This document shows, in pieces, positions 36,875 to 45,471 of a DNA stretch of 64,000 nucleotides. The notes beneath the pieces were generated by a model. That model searched no databases, was not told the DNA's origin, and saw nothing but the letters and a program-made list of their open reading frames with translations. Each line of letters begins with the position of its first letter. Position 1 is the stretch's first letter. The translations under genes and the position numbers were made by a program. Source of the DNA: Planctomycetia bacterium. Lineage in GTDB: Bacteria > Planctomycetota > GCA-002687715. The stretch lies in contig SXUL01000036.1 in the NCBI GenBank assembly GCA_005790545.1, positions 80,123 through 144,122 of the forward strand, read 5' to 3'.

Positions 36875-37531
36875 TCACTTCTTTTCCTTGCCCTTCTCGG
36901 ATGCGGCGGGAGCCGCATCGTCGGTGGGCTTCTTCTCTGTGAGAACCACAGGCTCCGATGGCGCGCCCTCGACGGGGGCAACGACTTCGAGGGCCTTGTA
37001 GTGATGGCTGACGAGCGTCTTGTGCGGCGAATCCGTGAGCGTCACGCCCGCGGGCAGCACCACGTCCTTCGCTTCGATATGACCGCCGACGGCCAAGTCC
37101 GCGATGGAGACCGTGAGGCCCGACGGAATGGCGCGCGGCAGGCACGACACGTGAACGTCGCGGTTGATGAATTCGATCAGGGCACCCGGCACCGGCAGGG
37201 GCGGATTGATGAACTCGATGCTCACGTTCACCACGACGGGCTTCTTGTCATCCACACGGAGGAAGTCCATGTGAACCATCTTGTCGCCAACGGCGTTGAA
37301 GCCGATGTCCTTCAAGAGGCACATCTGCTTCTTGTCGCCAACCATGAATTCGAACATGCGCGCACCGCGACGAAGCGCGAGCTCCATGGCGTGGGCTTCG
37401 AGGCTGAGAGCGCGCGGCTCGCGGCCTTCCCCGTAAAGGATGGCCGGAATGCGCCCCGCGTTGCGGATGCGCTTGCACTCCTGGGAACCCTTCTTCTCGC
37501 GGAACTCGACAGGCAGGCTCACGATTTCCAT
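36875..37531 (-). CDS. rplY: 50S ribosomal protein L25 / general stress protein Ctc
   Basis: 218 aa. 'LPVEFREKKGSQECKRIRNAGRIPAILYG...' N-domain and Ctc-type C-terminal beta-barrel domain. Confidence 0.9.
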   Translation of the reverse strand: MEIVSLPVEFREKKGSQECKRIRNAGRIPAILYGEGREPRALSLEAHAMELALRRGARMFEFMVGDKKQMCLLKDIGFNAVGDKMVHMDFLRVDDKKPVVVNVSIEFINPPLPVPGALIEFINRDVHVSCLPRAIPSGLTVSIADLAVGGHIEAKDVVLPAGVTLTDSPHKTLVSHHYKALEVVAPVEGAPSEPVVLTEKKPTDDAAPAASEKGKEKK

Positions 37532-38817
37532 CAGACCGATCTCCTCACGACTCTCCGCTTCCGCGCAGGGCGCGGAAGTGGTCGCGCCGGAACACCCACC
37601 ACCGTGGAGTCCGCCGCAACATTGCGTTCACTCAGGACCACCGCGCCAGCTCCTGTCCGGGCCTTGCGGCCAACACGGACAGGCGCCACGAGAATGGTGC
37701 CAGCACCCAGCGACACCCCGGCCCCGATGCGTGTCCGGTGCTTCCGGACTCCGTCAAAGTTGGCCGTGATGCAACCGGCCGCCACATTGGCGTCCTCGCC
37801 GACGTCCGCGTCGCCGAGGTAACTCAAATGCAGGGCCCGGGCCCGCCGTCCGAGGCGCGAAGCCTTCACCTCCACGAAGTTGCCCACGCGGGCACCCTCT
37901 TCGAGGCGAGCCCCATCGCGCAACACTGCGGCGGGGCCAACGGAACAGCGGGCGGCGATGCTAGCACCCCGCCGAATCACCACAAAAGGATGCAGCACAG
38001 TGCCTTCGCCGACGCGGGCACCAGGTTCGATGACCACATGCTCGGGGCTCGGGATGATCACGCCGCCAGCCCGAAGCTCTTCGATCACACGGGCTTGGAG
38101 TTCGCGACGCGCTGCGTCCAACTCGCGCGGCGTGTTCACCCCGCGCGCCTCCTCCGCATCGTTCAGTTGGAAGGCGTGCGCCTTCACCCCCGCGAGGGCC
38201 ACCAGGTCGGTCAGGTAGTACTCCCGCTGGGCGTTCTTGCGCCCGACGAGCGGCAGCAGGCGATGCAGCGCTTCCACACGCACCACGAACTGCCCCGCGT
38301 TGATCTCCCGGATCGCGCGCTGCTCTGCGTTGCAGTCCTTCTCCTCGACGATGCGCTCGAGCTTGCCCCCGCCGTCGCGGAGGATGCGGCCCAGCCCCTT
38401 GGCATCCGCAACGGAGGCCGTGAGTACCGTCACATCGGCCTTGGCCTTCCTGTGCGCTGCCGCCGCGGATTGGAGGGTTGCTGCGCGCACAAGCGGCGCA
38501 TCCCCGCACACGATGAGCACATCAGCGCCCGCCGTCGGCAGGAGCTTCTGCGCGGCCATCACGGCATGTGCTGTGCCAAGCGGCTTGCGCTGTCGCGCCC
38601 AAGCCAGTCCTGCCGTTGAAGAGAAGGCTTTTTTCATGACCGGAAGGTGCCGGCCACCGACCACGATGTTGGTCCTACATCCAGCGCTGGCGAGCGCCAA
38701 GAGGACATGCCCGAGCAGCGGCGTGCCCAGCAGGTCCGCGAGAACCTTGGGTCCTTGGGTGCGCATGCGTTTGCCTTCACCCGCCGCGAGCACCACGGAG
38801 ATGAGTTTCCGCGCCAT
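37531..38817 (-). CDS. glmU: bifunctional UDP-N-acetylglucosamine pyrophosphorylase / glucosamine-1-phosphate N-acetyltransferase
   Basis: 428 aa. N-terminal nucleotidyltransferase 'VVLAAGEGKRMRTQGPKVLADLLG' and C-terminal hexapeptide-repeat acetyltransferase domain. Confidence 0.92.
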   Translation of the reverse strand: MARKLISVVLAAGEGKRMRTQGPKVLADLLGTPLLGHVLLALASAGCRTNIVVGGRHLPVMKKAFSSTAGLAWARQRKPLGTAHAVMAAQKLLPTAGADVLIVCGDAPLVRAATLQSAAAAHRKAKADVTVLTASVADAKGLGRILRDGGGKLERIVEEKDCNAEQRAIREINAGQFVVRVEALHRLLPLVGRKNAQREYYLTDLVALAGVKAHAFQLNDAEEARGVNTPRELDAARRELQARVIEELRAGGVIIPSPEHVVIEPGARVGEGTVLHPFVVIRRGASIAARCSVGPAAVLRDGARLEEGARVGNFVEVKASRLGRRARALHLSYLGDADVGEDANVAAGCITANFDGVRKHRTRIGAGVSLGAGTILVAPVRVGRKARTGAGAVVLSERNVAADSTVVGVPARPLPRPARKRRVVRRSV

Positions 38818-38873
38818 CCGGCTTGCTCCTTCGGAGTCGGCCTCCTGCCGGAGGCCGCGGTGATCCGCGATCG

Positions 38874-38911
38874 AAAAAAGCGGGGTTCGGAAGACTGAGC
38901 TCCCGAACCCC
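38874..38911 (-). terminator. rho-independent terminator downstream of tRNA-Gln(CTG), upstream of glmU
   Basis: On the minus strand: GGGGTTCGG-(12 nt loop)-CCGAACCCC followed by GCTTTTTTCG. This is a 9-bp GC-rich stem with a 6-U tract, unusually canonical for this high-GC sequence. Confidence 0.55.
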
Positions 38912-38919
38912 TGCTGAGA

Positions 38920-38991
38920 TTACCCTGCTAGGACTCGAACCTAGAACAAGAGGGCCAGAACCTCTCGTGTTACCGATTACACCACAGGGTA
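38920..38991 (-). tRNA. tRNA-Gln (anticodon CTG)
   Basis: Reverse complement TACCCTG-TG-GTGT-AATCGGTA-ACAC-G-AGAGG-TTCTGGC-CCTCT-TGTT-CTAGG-TTCGAGT-CCTAG-CAGGGTA-A. U1-A72 pair typical of tRNA-Gln; anticodon loop UUCUGGC. Confidence 0.85.
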
Positions 38992-39148
38992 GTCACGGTT
39001 CTGGCGAACAATGTTCGAGCTCGAACGGTGGAATGTTAGGCCGCATCACCGACCGGATCAAGCAGGCGCGTCGCGTGCGCACCGGAAGCGGGGCTGTGGA
39101 GCGTTGCTGTTCCGCAAGGGCACTTGCGCTCGTACCATGCTCCCCACC

Positions 39149-39220
39149 TACCCTGTGGTGTAATCGGTAACACATCAGTTTTTGGTACTGAGATTCCAGG
39201 TTCGAGTCCTGGCGGGGTAA
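39149..39220 (+). tRNA. tRNA-Gln (anticodon TTG)
   Basis: TACCCTG-TG-GTGT-AATCGGTA-ACAC-A-TCAGT-TTTTGGT-ACTGA-GATT-CCAGG-TTCGAGT-CCTGG-CGGGGTA-A. Acceptor and D arms are identical to the CTG isoacceptor 157 bp away on the opposite strand. Confidence 0.85.
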
Positions 39221-40510
39221 TCAGGCGAGTGTCCGGCGCAGAAGATCGAGCGCCGCACTGGCGGCGCGTTGGCGGACATCTTCGCGCGCACCGGGAATCA
39301 AGAGACTGCGGCTCTGGGTACCTGCGGGCCCCGCGACAGCAACGAACACGCGCCCCGCGGCAACGCCGCGCGCATCCGGGCCGGGTCCCGCGACACCGGT
39401 GGTAGCCAGTCCGAAATCGACACCCCATGCGCGCCGCACACCCTCCGCCATGGCTCTGGCCACGCATTCCGAAACGGCGCCCTCCAGTTCCAACAGCTCT
39501 GGCGCCACTCCGAGCATGGCCATCTTTGCGGCGTCGTCGTAGGCGACGATGCCGCCCCGACAACAACGCGAGGCTCCTGCCTGACTGATGAGCCGCGCCA
39601 GCACCAACCCGCCGGTCAGTGATTCCGCGATGCCCAGCTTCGCAGCGCGTGCGCTGAGGCGCGCCAAAACCACGGCCTCGAGACTCTCGCCCTCCGCACT
39701 CACCAGATGTTCGCCGAGACGCGCTGCCGCCAGTGCGCTGACACGCTCCAATTCCTCCGCATGTTCCGCGTCTGCTTCGCAATGCAGGCGCACTTCACCC
39801 GCACCCGGATAGCTGCCGACGAGAACCGGTCCTGTGCGGAGCATGAGATCGCGGATTTGTTCTCCGAGCGCCGCCTCGGGAATTCCGGCCACGGTGAGCG
39901 TGCGAGAGATCCGCCGCGAGACAGGGCCGGGGTGCGCCAGCAACCAATCACGAAGCGATGTGTCCGCGATCGCCAGCACCTCGCCGGGCACGCCCGGCAG
40001 CACGAGCAACTGCGCTGGGCCGAGGGACATGACGAACGCGGGTGCGGTGCCGCGCGGGTTCGCAAGGGGTGTAGCCCCGACTGGAAGATCCGCCTGACGG
40101 AGGTTCACCTCTCCCGGAGTACGCCCCGCAGCCGCGAAGAACGCACGAACCATGGCTTCTGCAAGTGGGTGACGCGCCCGCGGGACTTGCGCGGCCGCGG
40201 CAACGGCGTCCGCCGTGAGATCGTCCTCTGTCGGACCGAGACCGCCTGTCGCGATGACCAGACTGTGTCGCCGACAGAGCTCGTGCAGTGTCGCCACAAG
40301 GGCCGGCTTGTCGTCCGGAATCACACGCGCCTCGGCGACGCGCCAACCCTGAGCGTCGAGTGCACGGATGAGCGTCGGAAAGTTGCCTTCGCGCACGCGT
40401 CCCGCGACGAGTTCATCGCCGATGGCCAGCAGCGCGGCGGTGCTCACGTCATTTCCTCGACCACTTGTCGCCGCGTTGTTGCTGGATCTGCTGGATCCAC
40501 ATTTCGTCAT
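39221..40510 (-). CDS. cinA: CinA-family competence/damage-inducible protein (MoaB/MogA-like N-domain + C-terminal PncC-type nicotinamide-nucleotide amidohydrolase domain)
   Basis: 'ALLAIGDELVAGRVREGNFPTLIRAL' N-terminal domain and C-terminal 'AESLTGGLVLARLISQAGASRCCRGGIVAYDDAAKMAMLGV' CinA C-domain. Start uncertain: ATG at 40510, or GTG at 40453 abutting the tatC stop. Stop directly abuts the tRNA-Gln(TTG) 3' end. Confidence 0.8.
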   Translation of the reverse strand: MTKCGSSRSSNNAATSGRGNDVSTAALLAIGDELVAGRVREGNFPTLIRALDAQGWRVAEARVIPDDKPALVATLHELCRRHSLVIATGGLGPTEDDLTADAVAAAAQVPRARHPLAEAMVRAFFAAAGRTPGEVNLRQADLPVGATPLANPRGTAPAFVMSLGPAQLLVLPGVPGEVLAIADTSLRDWLLAHPGPVSRRISRTLTVAGIPEAALGEQIRDLMLRTGPVLVGSYPGAGEVRLHCEADAEHAEELERVSALAAARLGEHLVSAEGESLEAVVLARLSARAAKLGIAESLTGGLVLARLISQAGASRCCRGGIVAYDDAAKMAMLGVAPELLELEGAVSECVARAMAEGVRRAWGVDFGLATTGVAGPGPDARGVAAGRVFVAVAGPAGTQSRSLLIPGAREDVRQRAASAALDLLRRTLA

Positions 40511-41801
40511 CCGCAGCATCAGCCGGCAACGACATCAGTGCCTCTTCGCCGAGAAGTCCCCCGAGCAATTGCCGCGCTTCCGCCGGGAGCGGCTCGCTGC
40601 CGTGGCGCAGGGCTTGCAAGAGACCCGGCAGGAAATGCGCAAACGCGAGTGTGTCCAGCCGCTCGGCTTTCCAGACGGTGGTGCCCGCAGGCGTCCAGGT
40701 GAGCACACTCTCGGCTCCTGTCCGATCGACCACCTGCAAGGTGCGTCGCTCCTGCGTGAGACGCACCAATTCAGTGCGTCCCGATGTTTTCATCTGCGCT
40801 GCAAAACAGAGCGGGTCCTCGGCACTGTTGACCGAGAGAAGCAGCGCCGCCTCATCTTCGAGTGCGGCGCCCACGATGGCATGGGCATCGCGGAATCCGC
40901 CATCAGCGACAGGTCGCCGTTCGTCTGCGGCCATGCCCTGCCAGAAGCCGGAGATTTCCTCGCGGAAGATGAAGATCAGGGCGCCCACCGCCGCAACCTT
41001 CAGGAGATTGCGACGGAGCAAGGCACGATCCAGAGGTGGGCGCTTCTCACCCATGCCCATCCACGCAATGAAGATTCCCAACTCGTAGAGCAGGCAGAGC
41101 GGCACAGCCAGGAGGCTCTGCGTGATCGGGTCCGGCGGCGTCAGGACCGCCGAGACGATGAAGATGATGAGGATCACCCAGCGGCGCTTCTCGCGGAAGG
41201 TCTTGATCTCGACAAATCCGAGCCGCGCCAGCGCGATCATCACCGTGGGGATCTGGAAGGTGAGCCCGAGAACGAGCGTGAACAGGGTGAAGAGGGACAG
41301 GTACTCGGACAACGAAATCATGTTCTGAATGAGATCGGGGTCCGGGAACGCGAGCAGGTACTTGAGGCCGATCGGAATCAGCACGAAGTAGCCGAAGAGC
41401 ACACCCGCAAGAAAGAGGACGAGACAGAGCGGCGCGTAGTTGTAGACGTGCTTCTTCTCGCGCGCGTAGAGACCGGCGGCAACGAAGCCCCACATCTGCC
41501 AGATCCAGTAGGGCGCCATGGCGATGAGCCCGACGATCAGCGAGACCTTCAGGTAGGCGAAGACACCGGCCGCGGGCCCGGTGACCATGAGTGCAGGGCT
41601 CTGCCCGATGGACATCATGGCGTCGCGATAGGGCATCACGATCACCTGCATGATGTCGCGACACCACCAGAAGGCGCAGCCGACGCCGATGGCCGTCACC
41701 CAAGTCGCCCGCATCAGCCGGCGACGCAACTCATCCAGATGTTCCCCGAAGCTCATCCGGGACGCACCCAGTTCCAGTTCGGTTTTCGCCTCGTCTGCCA
41801 A
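40449..41801 (-). CDS. tatC: Sec-independent protein translocase TatC with about 200-aa C-terminal cytoplasmic extension
   Basis: First about 250 aa are TatC (six TM helices; 'FGEHLDELRRRLMRA...', 'YLKVSLIVGLIAMAPYWIWQMWGFVAAGLY', 'LTPPDPITQSLLAVPL'). Residues about 255-450 are a soluble Ala/Leu/Glu-rich domain absent from canonical TatC. Confidence 0.8.
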   Translation of the reverse strand: MADEAKTELELGASRMSFGEHLDELRRRLMRATWVTAIGVGCAFWWCRDIMQVIVMPYRDAMMSIGQSPALMVTGPAAGVFAYLKVSLIVGLIAMAPYWIWQMWGFVAAGLYAREKKHVYNYAPLCLVLFLAGVLFGYFVLIPIGLKYLLAFPDPDLIQNMISLSEYLSLFTLFTLVLGLTFQIPTVMIALARLGFVEIKTFREKRRWVILIIFIVSAVLTPPDPITQSLLAVPLCLLYELGIFIAWMGMGEKRPPLDRALLRRNLLKVAAVGALIFIFREEISGFWQGMAADERRPVADGGFRDAHAIVGAALEDEAALLLSVNSAEDPLCFAAQMKTSGRTELVRLTQERRTLQVVDRTGAESVLTWTPAGTTVWKAERLDTLAFAHFLPGLLQALRHGSEPLPAEARQLLGGLLGEEALMSLPADAADDEMWIQQIQQQRGDKWSRK

Positions 41802-41875
41802 GTCCGGCTCCCAAAAGCACCGCGGGCCCCACCGACGTATCCGGCGGGGCCCGCGATGTTACGCAACCCGATGGG

Positions 41876-43132
41876 TCACTGCTTCAGGAACGGTGTCAGA
41901 TCCTGGGCGCGGATCACCTCGACACCCCAGAGCATGGCGTTCTTGTAGTCCGCCGAGGCCGTGAGTTCCTCACCTTCAGCGTCTTCCTTCTCGCCGAGCA
42001 CGAGGAAGGTCGTGTTCACATCCACCTTCTCGCCGATCTTCGCACCAGCCGCCGCGAGGATGCGCGTGGCCACGTCGCGGGTATAGCGACCCGGGAGCTG
42101 ACCGAGGAATGCGAACGTGACCGATTCCTTCGCATCGAAGAGCGGGCTGTAGAGCCAGTCGCCAGCGCCGATGGTGCCAGTACCGTTCTCGTCGATACGC
42201 GCCTCGCTCATGTCGGGACGCACGTCCGTGACGGTGACCCAGCCCTTGTGGATGCGCTCGCCGCCCTTGCCGTTCCCGAACACGCGGAAGCGGGTGCCGC
42301 GACGCAGCATCTGCTTGCCGGTGACATCGATGAACACGCGACCGCTGGTCGGGTCCGCGGAGAGCACCATGCCATCGGAAGTCACGGTCGCACGCTTGAT
42401 GCGCTGCTCGGACTTCACCGCGCGGACGGTGGACTCCATGTCCTTCTTGTCCACGAGCAGAGCCTGCTTTTCCTTGTTGAAGTTCTCGCGCGCGGTGTCG
42501 AGTTCAGTGCTGACGTTGCGGATCTTGCCCTGCACGTCGTCGTTCTGGGTGCGCACCTCGGCGAGCTGATTCGTGAGGCGGCTGACGTTGCCCTCGAACT
42601 CGCTCTGCATGCGCGCCTTCTCTTCAGCGTGGGCCGTCGCGGCCTGGCTGATCTGGCTTGCCTGGCTTTCGTTCTCTGCCTTCAGGCGCGCGATGTCCTG
42701 GTCCTTCGCCGAGAGCTGGCCCTTCAGGGCCTTCACGCGGGTGATGGGCACATCGAGCGCCGCCACGAGACTGGCCGGACGTTCGCTGGGCGCATCAACC
42801 TGCTGGCCAATGCCCTCGAGCACGCCATTGAGCGTCTTCACCACGCCATCCGCAACGATGGCGGCGGGCTCGGTGACGGTCGTGTCCCAAGGCACGCTGG
42901 TGGGCACTCCGCCGCCGATGAGCGGCGCAACGGTCGCGTAGTAGTCGCGATAGAACTCCATCTGCGCGGTGGACGCGGCAGAGCCCTTCTTGGCGGCTTC
43001 CGCCTCGCCGACGAGCTTTTCGTTCTCGGTCATCTGGGTGAACCAGAGGACGCCGAAGATCAGCGTCACGATGAGCACGAGAATGAGAACGAGCAAACTG
43101 ACGGCACCACGCTGACTGGAAACAGATGACAT
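41876..43132 (-). CDS. hypothetical bitopic membrane protein with coiled-coil region (418 aa)
   Basis: Start at Met 43132 (MSSVSSQRGAVSLLVLILVLIVTLIFGVLWF). Long coiled coil (..KALKGQLSAKDQDIARLKAENESQASQ...) and a C-terminal globular part. The upstream 250 codons of the ORF track are Ser/Arg-rich junk. Confidence 0.5.
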   Translation of the reverse strand: MSSVSSQRGAVSLLVLILVLIVTLIFGVLWFTQMTENEKLVGEAEAAKKGSAASTAQMEFYRDYYATVAPLIGGGVPTSVPWDTTVTEPAAIVADGVVKTLNGVLEGIGQQVDAPSERPASLVAALDVPITRVKALKGQLSAKDQDIARLKAENESQASQISQAATAHAEEKARMQSEFEGNVSRLTNQLAEVRTQNDDVQGKIRNVSTELDTARENFNKEKQALLVDKKDMESTVRAVKSEQRIKRATVTSDGMVLSADPTSGRVFIDVTGKQMLRRGTRFRVFGNGKGGERIHKGWVTVTDVRPDMSEARIDENGTGTIGAGDWLYSPLFDAKESVTFAFLGQLPGRYTRDVATRILAAAGAKIGEKVDVNTTFLVLGEKEDAEGEELTASADYKNAMLWGVEVIRAQDLTPFLKQ

Positions 43133-43370
43133 CGCGGCATCTCCGTTCGCGCGCCCCGCGACAAACCGCGGAGGTCGAACTGCATATTCCAACGCGCCCT
43201 GCGGACCGATCCGACCGGGCGTCGCCCGTTGCGATACCACAGGCAGGTCCCGGGCATCCCCTTTCACGAGCGGGCAGGATGATAGTGACGCCCCCGCGGG
43301 TCCGTCAAGCGACGCATTCGACTTGGCCGGGCTTTGACCGGGCGCTTGCAAGTCCCTAGCATGGCGGCAC

Positions 43371-44171
43371 ATGGGCCTCCAGCTCGGCGGCCTCTTGAAC
43401 TCCATGCAATCGCTCCCCACGTGCCGACCGCTCATCCTCGGGCTCCTCGGTGGCATCGCCTCGGGAAAAAGCCTCGTCGCAGAGGTCTTCCGACGCCACG
43501 GAGCGCTGGTTCTCGATGCAGACAAGGGCGTGGCCGCTCTCTTCGAGGAACCGGCCATCAAGCAGTCACTGGCGGACCTCTTTGGCGCGACCGTGTTCGA
43601 TACCGCCGGCGGGGTCAACCGCCAGAGGCTCGCGGCCATCGTCTTTGCTCCGGACGGCAGAGCGCTGCGGAAGAGCCTCGAAGACCTGCTGCACCCTCGT
43701 GTTGAGCGGGCTCTGGTTGAGGCTCTCACGGCGGCTCTTGCAGCGTCGCCTGTCCCGGATGTCGTGCTCTTCGACGTGCCGCTGCTCGCCGAGAATCCGC
43801 GCCTGCTCCTCCTCTGTGAGCGGCTCATTTTTGTTGCCGCACCCGAAGAGGATCGCGAGCGTCGCTGCCGCGAAGTCCGCAACTGGAAGGCTGGCGAGCG
43901 AGCGCGCCGCGAACAACTGCAACTCCCTCTGCCGGAAAAACGGGCCCTCGCGCGTCACGTGATCGTGAACTCTGGTAGCGTCGCTGACATCGAAGAGGCG
44001 GCACGGGAACTCCACTCCGGAGTGCTGGCCGCGCACCGTTTGGCGGAGGAACTGGCCCGTCATGGCCCGAAGGCCCATGGCGGATTGGGACCAGAAGCCC
44101 GAGCACGCGATGGAGCACGGAGAGACCGAAGCGGAAGTGGAACAGACGGCGGAGGCGCGCCACAGCGCTGA
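43371..44171 (+). CDS. coaE: dephospho-CoA kinase with about 50-aa C-terminal extension overlapping rho
   Basis: P-loop 'ILGLLGGIASGKSLVAEVF'. 'LDADKGV...' and 'RLIFVAAPEEDRERRC...' match CoaE. The true start may be the second Met (43404). Confidence 0.8.
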   Translation: MGLQLGGLLNSMQSLPTCRPLILGLLGGIASGKSLVAEVFRRHGALVLDADKGVAALFEEPAIKQSLADLFGATVFDTAGGVNRQRLAAIVFAPDGRALRKSLEDLLHPRVERALVEALTAALAASPVPDVVLFDVPLLAENPRLLLLCERLIFVAAPEEDRERRCREVRNWKAGERARREQLQLPLPEKRALARHVIVNSGSVADIEEAARELHSGVLAAHRLAEELARHGPKAHGGLGPEARARDGARRDRSGSGTDGGGAPQR

Positions 44172-45471
44172 GGCCGCGTCACTGCGCCGCCACGCGGACT
44201 ATGACCGGGTGAAGGCCGCGCCTTCGGTACATGCGCGCCTGCATCAACTGGGCGAACGCGAGCTGAGAGAGGAAGCAAGAAGACTCGGTCTTCAGCCGGA
44301 ACCACGCGCGCCTCGCGAACAATGGGTGCAAGCCCTTGTCGCCCGTGAGCTCGCGGAAGAAGGGCTCCCTGTTGCGGACGGCATCATCGAAGTGTTGCCG
44401 CAGGGCTTCGGATTCCTCCGCAATCACGCGGTGGACTACATGCCCTCCAACGACGACATCTACGTGAGCCCCAGTCAGGTCCGACGCTTCGAGCTCCGGA
44501 CCGGGATGCACGTGGTCGGCGTGAAAAGAGCTGCAGAAGAAGGCGAACGTTTCACCGCTCTGCTCAGGATCGAAAGCGTGGACGGCACCGCGGCAGTGGA
44601 ATCGGGACCGCGCCCGCGCTTCGATGCGCTCACGCCCGTACATCCGCACCAGCGCCTCATTGTCGAACACGCAGCGGGCGCTCATGCGAGCAGGCTCATC
44701 GACATGTTCGCGCCGATCGGACTCGGCCAGCGCGCCCTCATCGTCGCACCGCCGCGTGCCGGCAAGACGCTGCTTCTGAAAGAGCTCGCCATCGGGCTCA
44801 AGGCCAACCAACCCTGGCTGCATCTCGTGATGCTGCTCGTGGATGAACGCCCCGAGGAAGTCACGGATCTGCGCCGCTCCGTTCCGGGTGAAGTCGTGAG
44901 CTCCACCTTTGACGCGACGCCGGAACGGCATTGTCATGTCGCACGCCTCGTGATCGAACGCGCACGTCGGCTCGTGGAACAGGGCCGTCATGTGGCCCTG
45001 CTGCTCGACTCCATCACGCGCCTTGCGCGTGCACACAACGCGGCCAGTCCGAATTCGGGACGCATTCTCTCGGGCGGCGTGGATGCAACCGCTCTGCAAA
45101 TGCCGAAGCGCTTCTTCGGTTCCGCCCGTGCCACCGAGGAAAAGGGTTCGCTCACGATGATCGCCACCGCGCTGACGGATACCGGCTCACGGATGGACGA
45201 AGTGATCTTCGAGGAATTCAAAGGCACCGGCAACTCCGAGATCGTGCTCGATCGCACCGCTGCCGAGAAACGGCTCTTCCCCGCGCTCGACATCCTGCGC
45301 ACGGGCACGCGCAAGGAAGACCTGCTCCTCGACCCGGAAGAAATGAAGCGCGTCACGGCGCTGCGCCGGGTCCTCGCCGGCCTGAAGCCCGATGAGGGCC
45401 TCGAACTCCTGCTGCAACGGCTGACGCGCACCCCCAACAACGCCGCCCTGCTGATGTCGATGGCGCTGTGA
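44062..45471 (+). CDS. rho: transcription termination factor Rho (extended N-terminus)
   Basis: 'GIIEVLPQGFGFLR', 'DIYVSPSQVRRFELRTGMHV', Walker A 'APPRAGKTLLLKELA', 'LVDERPEEVTDLRRSVPGEVVSSTFD', 'GSLTMIATALTDTGSRMDEVIFEEFKGTGNSEIVLDR'. These are essentially identical to the E. coli Rho motifs. Start may be an internal Met (about 44110) given the overlap with coaE. Confidence 0.92.
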   Translation: MARRPMADWDQKPEHAMEHGETEAEVEQTAEARHSAEAASLRRHADYDRVKAAPSVHARLHQLGERELREEARRLGLQPEPRAPREQWVQALVARELAEEGLPVADGIIEVLPQGFGFLRNHAVDYMPSNDDIYVSPSQVRRFELRTGMHVVGVKRAAEEGERFTALLRIESVDGTAAVESGPRPRFDALTPVHPHQRLIVEHAAGAHASRLIDMFAPIGLGQRALIVAPPRAGKTLLLKELAIGLKANQPWLHLVMLLVDERPEEVTDLRRSVPGEVVSSTFDATPERHCHVARLVIERARRLVEQGRHVALLLDSITRLARAHNAASPNSGRILSGGVDATALQMPKRFFGSARATEEKGSLTMIATALTDTGSRMDEVIFEEFKGTGNSEIVLDRTAAEKRLFPALDILRTGTRKEDLLLDPEEMKRVTALRRVLAGLKPDEGLELLLQRLTRTPNNAALLMSMAL

